Of a stretch of 64,000 nucleotides of DNA, positions 49,743 to 60,538 are shown piece after piece. The position numbers were made by a program, and so were the translations under genes. The stretch comes from Macrostomum lignano (taxonomy: Eukaryota): contig NIVC01000018.1 in the NCBI GenBank assembly GCA_002269645.1, positions 1 to 64,000 of the forward strand, in the 5' to 3' direction. How positions within the stretch are numbered: position 1 is the stretch's first letter; the number at the start of each line of letters is the position of its first letter. The notes beneath the pieces are model-generated. The model was not told where the DNA came from and ran no database searches. It worked only from the letters and a program-made list of their open reading frames with translations.

Positions 49743-51724
49743 GGGTGCACGACAATTGACTGCCACAATTTGACTGCAGTCAATTTGACTGCGAACAATT
49801 TGACTGCCAAGCAATTTGACTGCCGACAAAATGACTGTGAACAAAATGACTGCAGACAAAATGACTGTGGAAATTTGATTGCCAACAATATGACTGCGGC
49901 AATTTGACTGCCAACAATATCATACATGCGCAACCTCCGAAATTCGGTCGGCCATGCGACTTAGTTTTAACAAAAATGCGACGTAGTTTTTGGCCAAAAA
50001 TGCGACTTAGATGTAAAAAAAACCCTAAAGCTAAATTAACGCAACTTTGGGTAAACGGCAGAAGTAACTATGACTGTCTTATTAACTCAAAATGCCTCGT
50101 CAGCTACTTAGTACTACTACTTCGTTATTTTTCGGGTGGCCGTTTTTGCGACTTCCTTGGTTGGCCGCCAAATCGGTCGGCCGGATCGGCCGACTCGGCC
50201 GACTGTTGCGCATGTATGAACAATATGACTGCGGCAATTTGGCTGCTAGCAAAATGACTGCAGCAATTTGACTGCCGAGCAATTTGACTGACAGCGAAAT
50301 GATTGCCAGAAAAATGATGCTCCTAAAGTTTAGCACTCTGTCAACCCTTTTAAGTCAATGCATGTAGTGAAATATTGTATTTGCAGAACAGAACACATAA
50401 CTTTTATACAACAGGCTGTAACAGCTGTTGAAACCCGCGGATTTTGAACAGTGGGAAATGGGAATTCCAATCTTAGGAACTATTTTGCATATATTCTAAA
50501 ATCTGAAGTTAAACTCAAGCAAAAACTTTTATTATTAGAGTTAAACATAACATATAGAATGGGCGCTTCCTCGCAGTTTAGGCTACTGGTTTTCTATTTG
50601 CTACTAAGGATTTTACTAGTGGATTATTATCTGCTGTCCTGATTTGAGATTTGGTAGAATTGCTGCCACCAGGCTTCCTGTTTCCTAGCCCTATTATTGT
50701 AGAGCCAAAGGATTGACTCAGGAAAACTGAATTGTTTAACAAAAGTTTTATACTTCAAAAGAAAACAAAATAAAACAGCATGCAATGGCTGGTGCAAAAT
50801 GTCAGGCATCGACTACCTGTAGGTGTACTGCTTCGGCATCAACTACCTCGACAGTTTTACTTTAAAATTTCTCAATATTCCCTGCCTCTTACCTTCCTAA
50901 TTTCTGAGATCTGCCGCCAGCCAGCGGAAATAAAACTAACTAACAAGTCTGTTCTCCCAAGCCCTAAACTGTTTTATACTTCTAGAGAATCCCAAAAACT
51001 AGCAATTTTCCCCCACTCTAATTACTTTCCCAAACCTAAACTACTGACAGTAGGCAAAAAAGCATATCTGCTTCGCTACTAACTCCCATTCCTAAATAAT
51101 GCCCTACTACACATAGATTACATTCCTGTAAAATTAGGATTGGAGGCAAACTATTGATATTGTTGGCTGGCATGCGGCGCAGAATGTCAGAAAAACTCTG
51201 GCCTCTACTTCTGCCTCTCGATCCCTATGTTCCTTGCATCCTTTGAACCTTCTATCTTCTCTTCTGTTTTCTTACTTCTCTCTCGTCTCTTTTCTCTTGT
51301 CTCTGCTCTCTCATCTCCCCTCTCTCATCTGTCATCTTTACTCTCTTATATTGGTATGTTCTCTCACCTCTCTCCTCTGTACTCCTCTCTTTCCCCTCTT
51401 TTGACTCCTTTCTTTCCTTAGTCCTCTTCTTAGTCCTCTTCTATATTCTCTCCCCTTTATTCACTTCTCTTGTCTCTCTGCACTTTGCTCTTTCCACTTT
51501 TATCTCTCATCTCTCTCTCTTCTTTTGCATAACAAGAATGCACCTAGCAAGTTTTTCAAATTCATTTGTCAATATAAAGCTGTGCACAACTAGGCTAGGC
51601 TTTTGGTTTTGGTGTTTGGGGTTGCCAACTTTGGGGTTTGGAGTCAAATAATAAAAGGAGAAGGTGATCAATGGAGCCCACAAGTTTAGGTGGCAAGCAA
51701 ACTCATAAAACTCCATTGAGAGAG

Positions 51725-51773
<49 letters not shown>

Positions 51774-52132
51774 AACATTGAGGGACTGGGGGAGAGAGGA
51801 GGAGGGGTGGCCTCTTGTTTTCTATATTGTCGGCAGTCAATTGCTGCAGTCATTTTGCTGGCAGTCAAATTGCCGTAGTCATATTGTCGGCAGTCAAATT
51901 GCTGCAGTCATATTGTTGGCAGTCAAATTTCCGCAGTCATTTTGTCGGCAGTCATTTTGTTGGCAGTCATTTTGTTGGCAGTCAAATTGTCGGCAGTCAT
52001 CTTGTCGGCAGTCATTTTGTCCATAGTCATTTTGTTTGCAGTCATTTTGTTGGCAGTCAAATTGCTCGGCAGTCAAATTGTCTGCAGTCAAATTGTGGCA
52101 GTCAAATTGTGGCAATCAATTGTCGTAGACCC
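49743..52132. mobile_element. Mutator/foldback-like element with TIRs built from ~15-bp tandem units
   Basis: Ends gggtgcacgacaattgactgcc / ggcaatcaattgtcgtagaccc. Arrays of aatttgactgccgac-like units at 49750-50320 and, inverted, at 51826-52125. Flanked by ACAAAAAAG (49734-49742) and ACAAAAAAA (52133-52141). Confidence 0.75.
49921..50218. mobile_element. 298-bp P/hAT-type MITE nested in the left TIR array of the Mutator-like element
   Basis: Perfect 14-bp TIR catacatgcgcaac / gttgcgcatgtatg; perfect 8-bp TSD AACAATAT (49913-49920, 50219-50226). Confidence 0.9.
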
Positions 52133-54253
52133 ACAAAAAAATCATTAATCTATAGAACAATATAAAAAAATAGAAGCAAAAATTTGTTGAGCCCATATTT
52201 TTTTGCCTTAAAATTTCAACCGAAAAGCTTAAAAATATGTTTTTTTCTAATCCCAGGATCCCAGGATTGCAATCGCAAAAAACTGGGATTTTGCAACCCC
52301 TAGGGGCCTACTCATAATGCAGTTAAATTACAAGTTGGACAAAGTTTATACCCAATGGCAATAGGCTAAATAGGGAAAAGCTAAAAAAATCTTCCATCTA
52401 GTCTTAAAAAAGCTTATCTATTGAGTTTTTTTAGACTAGTCCAAGAAAAGCTCATCTGTTTTTAAATATTAGTCAGTACTTTAATGTAGTCACCTACTGA
52501 CCAATGGAAGTTTAAGAAATAATTGTCACAAGCCTTAGGCCTAGTGTATATGGCAAATAACAGCTAATTAATAAGTTTGCACTTGCCAATCTTAATGTGT
52601 CTTTTGTCTATGATGAGAAGCTGCTTCATCTATTTAATTTAAAGGGAACTAAAATAAAAAGTTTTTTTAATTAAGCCTATTAATATATATTGCCAGGTTG
52701 CCCATTGGCAACTAGCCAAATTATCAAAGATAGGCCTAGATAATTCCAAGGCTATGTTTGAAAAGCAAAAATTTGTTATTTTAACTCTAAGATTGTTATC
52801 TATGCTACAAACAATAACAAACTAATGTTCTAGGCCCCTTCACTATTTTATAATATCCCACCAATTTGTTACCAAGTTGTTGCAAGCCTAATTCCTTTGT
52901 CTATTGAGTCCTGCAGTTTCTTTACCAAATTGTACTAGAAATCATTTATCCTATTCTAAAAATGTATTAAGCCTATTATTTCTAAAAAATCCTACTTTTA
53001 TACTTACATGTACTTTATATGCTATGGGTTATTGTTGGTACAAATTACCCTGGGTAGCTTCAGTGCCTGGGCAGCAAGACACTGCTGTATACTACTAAAC
53101 TTTTAAACTATATAGTCCAAACATGGCGTTACCAAGACTGAGGGGTTTCTAGCTTTTAGTACTGTCTTTCACGACTTAAAACTGCATCACACTTAGCTGC
53201 AACAGCCTGAATCTATTCCCTAGGAATCCTCCTTTCCTGGGTAATTCAACCTTTCCACTGGGTATTTCACCCCTTTTACTGGGTATTCCACCCCTTTACT
53301 GAGCAAAATGCTTGATCCCCAATCCCTGCTTATAACTGTACTGGCAAAAATGCCCTTTTCTATCCAACACAGTATTTTATCTCGAAATCCTGCTCAAATA
53401 ACCAAATCAACAAACCAAAGGAATCTTGATTTCTAGTTAACTGAGTAATGAACCCAAAAGGTAAAAGAAATGTTCTATTTTGGCCTTGTATTTATAGTAG
53501 ACAAAGTCTTGTCCTATTGGTTTGCATATCATGCATTTAAACAACAGCTAACTAAAACAAAATTACTTTGCCTTATTAAAACAAAATTTCTAAAACAAAA
53601 ATATACGGTATTTGTTATTTGGTGGGAATTTAACTTTTAAGAATAATAATAATTTCATAGAATAAAATATAGGCCCTTCTACAGTTGGCTTCCCTGAATA
53701 TTATTTTGTGAATTATTAAGTGAGCAAAATGATACTAGTAATGTATAATAATGGAAAAGACAATAGTACATAAGCATAAAAAACTGAGCAACTTATTATG
53801 GCACAAAGAATAATAAACGTGATTGCAAAGGAATATATAAACAATAGAAAAACTGAGTCACAAAGTACACCAAGCAACTATTCGCCAAAAAATAAGCAAA
53901 ATGAAAATTGGGTATGCAATTATTAGTTCAAAAAGTAAGCAAAATGGGAATTTTTTGCAAAAAAGATGCTTAACAAGTAATTCACACAGGTAAGCAATTT
54001 ATAAAAGCAAGTTTATAAAGAAATAAGCACTTGTATAGAAAATTCACACAAATAAGCAATCTCACAAATTTTAGCAATTGCAAAAGTCCATACTAGCAAT
54101 AGAGATTCTCAATTATGCTCCAGCTTGAATTTGTCCAGTAGCTGGTCATGGTACAGCCAACCGATCTAGTCCACCATCCAACAAATTTTGATTTGCAGCA
54201 ACAGACAATGGTACTGCACCGCTTGGCGCCATGCTGCGATTCGCAACTCCAAG

Positions 54254-55926
54254 TCAAACTGTTGCACTAGCAGGCATAATACCGGCTTGGCCTGCGTGCA
54301 CTGGCATTGGAGTGGGCCAGTCAGTGCATAAATAAGCCATTCGCATCAGGTGCCCCTTCAGCATCTTGATGAAATGCTTCAGCTGATCATGCTGTCCTCT
54401 TGGGATCCTGTCAAGGACAGCTGGAAAATTGGCTCCTAAGCTGAGGTCTGTGGCCGATGCGGGGCTGGCTGACCCTCGTGCTGCTTTGTCTTGAGGCCAT
54501 TGCTACTTCGAGATCATAGACAGTGCTGGTGGCGTTGGAGCTACTGCTGACATTGTCACAGGCTGCCCGCTGTTTGCTGATGCTGCTGCTGCTGCTGGCC
54601 TTTGGCGGCTGGCTGCTGCTACTGCTGGCGCTGGTTGTTGCCCTCGCCCGCCAGCTGCTGCCGACAGCCTCGGCTGAATTGGCTGGTACTGACTGGCAAG
54701 GCAGATTGGGCTCTTGGCGCCCTGCAGCTGCCGCTTCATTATGGCCAAAATTACAGGCACTGGCCTGTTGGCTTGATCGCTGAGCAGCTGAGCTTGGGCC
54801 TTAGAGTCATGTGGAACCAAAGGTTGACTCCCCAGAGCAGGCCGTTTAGCTGACTGAGTGCCTTCTGCTTCCGTAGACGTCCGCTTGATGACCATGGACT
54901 TTAGCTGCCTAGCCGGGTGGTCTTCTTGGCATTCCACCGTAGTCGGTGCCATCATGGTGTTGCTGTCTGACATCGCCATCATTGTCAATGCCATCACAGC
55001 GTTTCTGTCTGACATTACTGTTGTTGTTGGCACACTCGCATTTGCTTTGATTTCTTCTACACTACCTACTTCAATGTCTGCTAGGATCTTATTGAGGATG
55101 TCATCCTCCGCCATGATGTCAATAGTGTCTTGGCTCATTCCATATAAGATGGACATTTTTGGAAAATAGAAAAAAGTCAATATTTTTGCTTGCCATTGCC
55201 TTATCAGCCAATTTTTTTACCAAATGTTTTTTATGTGTAATATCTACAATCTAAGAATAAATGAATGATAAAATGTTAGATTAGTATGCTATCAAGTGGC
55301 AAAAAGTCATTTTTGTAAAAATTTAGACATTTTTCTAAGCAAAAGACATCATTAAGTTTGTGTACCTTTTAAAAACAAATAGAAAGCTTTGGAAGGTTGA
55401 AACAAACTATAGATAAAAGTATAGTACTTGCATCATCAGATAAAAGTATTGGTGACCAAATAATCTATTATATTTTTAATATATTGGTACCTCAAAGTTA
55501 CTGAATTGACAGAAAAAAATATGTTACGACCATAATGTTACGACCATAAGGCTGCCTTTTCTTTTGTATCTTTGTTGCCTTTTTGAGTTTATATATTCTA
55601 CAGAAAGAGTATGATTACTAAAGATGTTCTGAGTCAAATTTTAAAAAATGTATTGCAAAATATCAAAAATAAAAATGTTATAAGACTTTTACCTTTTAGT
55701 TTCTATATGTCAAAAATCCTGTTGTTACGACCATAAGTGCCATTCAAGGTTTAATAGCATCTATACTAATGATGATATCTACATGAAACTCTATAAAAAT
55801 ATTTTTGACAAAATTATCTTTCATTTAAAATATTGGTTTAGTATATTCTATTATTATATTTCATTTTATAAGTAAAAATAGCCTGTCATGTTACGACCAT
55901 GCTTATATGGAATGAGCCTCTTCCAT
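54254..55926 (-). pseudogene. Disrupted ~300-aa ORF of unknown function (MITE insertion at codon 3, one in-frame TAG)
   Basis: Removing 55132-55918 and one TCTT restores ATG GAA GA|C ACT = MEDTIDIMAEDDILNKILADIE. The frame continues through a single TAG (54505-54503) into ...VLDRIPRGQHDQLKHFIKMLKGHL... and ends at TGA 54256-54254. Confidence 0.6.
55132..55918. mobile_element. 787-bp MITE, copy 2 (4-bp TSD TCTT)
   Basis: Same TIRs and orientation as 44088-44873; TCTT at 55128-55131 and 55919-55922. Confidence 0.88.
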
Positions 55927-57396
55927 TATGGAGATTACAGTCCAGCACGGTCAATCAAACCAGAATGGTTAATTAGCTGTCAACACGACTATAGTTGACT
56001 TCCTCTTGCCTTGAGTGTTTGTTTATATAGGCGTGGCACCCCACCCCAGGCATTGTTTGTCTTAATTTGCCCATCAGTTCATTTAATCAAAAGCTGAATT
56101 TTCATTGGCTGACTGCCCTGATTTCCTAGCTGACCACTCCTGGTCTTCCCAATAACTGACTTCTAATTGGCTGTTCTGATTACCTTCCCTCACCCAATGA
56201 GATCCCACCTGTTTATTTGTTCTGTGCCTTACCCTCGCTACCAATTCTTCCCTGACTCAGAACTTTAGTCCCTCTAATAAGCTCCAGACCGAGATTAGCC
56301 TTTTCAAATAGCACTGACATCTGTTTGGGAGCTTGGTCTGACTGCGCGTGTTATACCTTTTAGCTGATATTACGTCATCATGTCCCTCACTCTGCTTGGC
56401 ATGCAATATCTCTTCCTTTGACTCACTGTCTCTTCCTTTGACTCAAAAGCTTTTTGATATATATGGTTACATATAGCTTTTTTGCTAGTTCCTAGATACT
56501 GTCATCTACCACTGTCATTTGACCAATTTATCATCTACTAGCTAGTATTGGTGACTTTGTCATCTACTAATAAAGGCACTCAGTGAGCTTAGTCACTTTG
56601 TTATTCACCAATCAAATGAATAAGAAGTGACCATAGTTGGGGTAAGATTAAGGTTTTGATCATCATCAATTGAAAAAAATTGTTAGTTCAAACTGACATG
56701 ATGCAACTGTGGTCTTTCACTTCTTTATGTAATTGCCCCCTGAGCCCTTGAAAAATTTGGCTATTTGGCCCTTGGTCTAAAAAGGTTGTTGATGACCCCT
56801 AATCTAAGATGACAAAGTGGCAGATGATGAACTGTCTAGGAACAAATTTGCTACATAAAAATGCTAAATTTGAGCAGATTTTTAGTAACTACACATATTA
56901 AGGCATTTGTCATTTATTATCTAAAATAAAAGAAGTTGGTTTTCAAAACTAAAAATTTTTTAACATTTTTTGCCAAAGTTTGATTTAATATACTGCTATT
57001 TGAACTTTATTCTTATGAATAGTTATCATTGACCTTATTGAAGAAAGCAAAGCTTTTCATGGATAGCATCTGGTGCACTTGTAGAAAATTGTCTATGTGA
57101 CTAAACTGAAAAGTTTTTTTATGCACATACTATTAGTTCATATAGATTGTGTCATTATGTATAAATTTACATGTATTATTAAATAGTTGTATTTTCTAGT
57201 TGCATAATATAATTTCTAGATTTTTGTTGCTATGCAAAACTTATTTTGTTTTTAAAAATAAAATTATAGAAATTTCAAAACAACTTTAATATATAATAGC
57301 CATATTTTTCTAAGATATCAGCTTCTAGTTATTTTGATTGATTTGATCCTTAATAATTATACTAACAATGATCCAACTAATTATTTGTTTCAATTT

Positions 57397-58986
57397 ATGG
57401 CGCCAGGATTTCTTGCCCAGTGTGAGCAGCACTTTGGCACCAAGGATTTGTATGCCATCCTAGGCTGCGAGTCCACCGCCAGTCCGGCCCAGCTGAAGAA
57501 GGCCTATTATAAAAAGTCGTTAGAGCTTCACCCAGACACGAATCGCGTTGACGAGAAGGCGAATGCCACGGCGAAATTCCAGGTGCTGTCCAAGGCCTAC
57601 TCGCTGTTAGGCGACGAGGAGAAACGTCGAATCTACGACGAGTCCGGCGAAGTTGACGACGATTCTGGCGTTGAATTGGCCGAGGAGTTTCAGCGCTGGG
57701 AGGATTATTGGCGACTGTTGTTCCCGCGGGTCACCACGCAACGGTATAATGAGTTCAAGGCCAGCTACATCGGCAGCGAGAAGGAGACTGCCGATGTTAA
57801 GAAGGTGAGCGCTTAGGGCTGCGAGATTTCCAGTCTAATCTTCAGATTATAGGATTGCTAATCCTTGGATTTCAGTCTAATCCTCGAATTATAGGATTGC
57901 TAATCCTTGGATTTCAGTCTGATCCTCAGATTATAGGATTGCTAATCCTTGGATTTCAGTCTAATCCTCAGATTATAGGATTGCTAATCCTTGGATTTCA
58001 GTCTAATCCTCGAATTATAGGATTGCTAATCCTTGGATTTCAGTCTAATCCTCAGATTATAGGATTGCTAATCCTTGGATTTCAGTCTAATCCTCGAATT
58101 ATAGGATTGCTAATCCTTGGATTTCAGTCTAATCCTCAGATTATAGGATTGCCAATCCTTGGATTTCAGTCTAATCCTCAGATTATAGGATTGCTAATCC
58201 TTGGATTTCAGTCTAATCCTCAGATTATAGGATTGCTAATCCTTGGATTTCAGTCTAATCCTCAGATTATAGGATTGCTAATCCTTGGATTTCAGTCTAA
58301 TCCTCGAATTATAGGATTGCTAATCCTTGGATTTCAGTCTAATCCTCGAATTATAGGATTGCCAATCCTTGGATTTCAGTCTAATCCTCGAATTATAGGA
58401 TTGCTAATCCCCAGATTATAAAATTATCCTTAAAAAATCTCCTTCCCATTCCCATTGTGCCTCTGTCCCGCAGGCCTACCTGGAGTTCGACGGCGACATG
58501 GACAAAGTGCTGGAGTCGGTGCTGTTCGCCGACTATCCCGACGAAGACCGCATCGCTGGAATTATTCGCCAACTGATCGACTCCGGCGAGGTGCCCGCCT
58601 TCGAGGCATTCACAGCTGAGCCGGCCGCTAAGAAAGCGCGCCGAAAACGCGCCTACGAGCGCGAGCGACGCGAATTCGACAAAGCCAACGCCGAGGAGAA
58701 GCGGCGCAATGGTAAAGGCATTGTCGGGCTGGAAGACGAGGCAGAGGAGGAAAACGGCTTGGCCAAGGCCATCCAGCTGAACATGCGGCAGCGAGCCGGT
58801 GCCATGGAGTCGCTGATTGACAGCCTGGCTGCTAAATACGGAGGCAGCGGTAGCGGCGGCAAGAAAGCTAAGAAGCCGGCGACAGTTGCTGATGGTGGAA
58901 TCAAGAAGCGACCAAAGAAGTCAATTGGCGCCGGCTCGTCGTCTGCTGCTGCTGCTGCTGGCAACAAACGCGGAAGGAAATCGTAG
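57397..58986 (+). CDS. DNAJC9: DnaJ homolog subfamily C member 9, ~306 aa
   Basis: Exons 57397-57804 and 58474-58986. N-terminus CEQHFGTKDLYAILG, J-domain HPD, KFQVLSKAYSLL, WEDYWRLLF, YIGSEKE..DVKK|AYLEFDGDMDKVLE, C-terminal LIDSLAAKYG. Confidence 0.93.
57830..58420. repeat. 42-bp self-complementary minisatellite in the DNAJC9 intron
   Basis: aatcctc(ag/ga)attataggattgctaatccttggatttcagtct, about 14 copies. Confidence 0.95.
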
Positions 58987-59188
58987 AAAATAAATAATCG
59001 AAAAATGGATTAGAAACGTTGATACAAAAATTTATTTTCACGCTTAATCAATAATGGTGCATTTCTATGTTTATAAACTCAATAAACCGTAGGTCTGCAA
59101 AGTGGGATTGATCATTTTGTCTATGGCAATCAGCTGTCAACGGAATGGAACTCAGGGGGACATTGGATGTTACAATAAATGAAGAAAT

Positions 59189-59721
59189 TATAGCATTTTG
59201 CAGTCAAGTTTGAACTGCGGGCATTCAAATTAGACAAGAAGGGAAGAGCCAAATTTCAGAATCCGTCCCCAAGTCAAGCAGAACTTTATGTCTGTGGCAC
59301 AAACTGAAACACACTGACGGGCACTCAATTTAGACAACGGGCATTCAAATTAGACAAGCAGCGGAAAGTCTATGTGTGCCAGAGAGAAAGACCATGGACA
59401 ATCCGATTCGTCGCTATGCAAGAATTTCCAGAGAGAAGCGTGACCTCATTATTGGGGCATGCCAACGTGGTGACTCTGTGGCTGAAATTGCCAACATGTT
59501 GGATGTCAAGAGATCATCAGTGTACAACAGACGCAACACGATCTTGAATTGCCCAGCCAATGCGCCTGAGAACTTGTCTAATTTGAATGCCCCTTGTCTA
59601 AATTGAGTGCCCACCAGTGTGATTTTGTCTAGGCCATAGATAGCATTTGTGCCAGCAGTGAGATCTGGTCAAGCGTCTAATTTGAATGCCCGCAGTTCAA
59701 ACTTGACTGCAAAATGCTATA
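59189..59721 (+). mobile_element. Internally deleted Tc1/mariner-like element with IR/DR ends and an HTH remnant
   Basis: Perfect ~47-bp outer inverted repeats tatagcattttgcagtcaagtttgaactgcgggcattcaaattagac, TA-flanked. Inner inverted copies of gggca(t/c)tcaa(a/t)ttagac at 59320-59358 and 59575-59612. ORF 59376-59606 ISREKRDLII..CQRGDSVAEIANMLDVKRSSVY resembles a Tc1 N-terminal HTH. Confidence 0.7.
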
Positions 59722-60538
59722 CTACATATAGATGGCTAATCTAAATTACATCTGTGGCTAAGATGCCCCCTAAACTCTTTCAGGGAAATCTTAGGGATAA
59801 GTAATTTTTTAGCTTTTACCAGCTAATAGATATCTCTTAGGGAACATTACAGCGTAACATATTGTTTCTTCGCCATGGTCCCTATTGCTTGTAGCACTCT
59901 ATGGCCAAACCTCCCTAACAAATGAAGCCTATATAGTGAAATCGAAATGCTGCCCCTGAAACAACGAAATGCCCCCGAAGCCTTCCCAGCAAAGAAAAAA
60001 ACCTATACAGTCAAATCAAAATGCCTCAAAGACCGCATGCTGAGATTGTCTATGGCCAAACGTGACCATTGATTTTAAAGTGCAAAGCCAGCGGGCGCGA
60101 AACCCGCCAATGGCCAATAGGGGGTCTGTGGAGCCATAGACAATAGACATAGAACATAGGACAATGTTAAGGTTGGTCTTCAATAGCTTGATTAGCCCAC
60201 TAAGGATTTAATTGCCAGTTGCTAGGCTCATTTGGTTTGAAAACATATATATATTTCTTTAGTAATTGTACGCTAGCAAGCGTGTTCTACAACAATTTAG
60301 ACCTACCTGCATTTCTTTCGTCAGGTTAATGTTCGTTTGCTTAACCAATTTTTCTCTTCATAGCGCATAATACTGTTTCTTTTTGTTTTTTTTAAAAATA
60401 ATTTAAAACAATGTATTTCGAAAGTCATTTAATGCCGTTAAATAATTTAATACGCTATACATAACGTGACAATAATAAATAACGATGCGCACCATTTTTT
60501 TATAAATCTGTTTGCTGCAGTTTATTTCTTAGCGAAAT

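Larger units (their letters stand above)
49413..52302. mobile_element. Possible older hAT-like shell element
   Basis: Termini tagggattgcaa / ttgcaaccccta with subterminal atccc(a/g)g motifs; TSD not recognisable. Confidence 0.4.

Noticed and set aside
57360-57396. TACTAAC branch-point-like motif and T-rich tract before the DNAJC9 ATG
   Set aside because: No AG lies between the motif and the ATG (ttttcaa rather than ttttcag), so an acceptor cannot be claimed.
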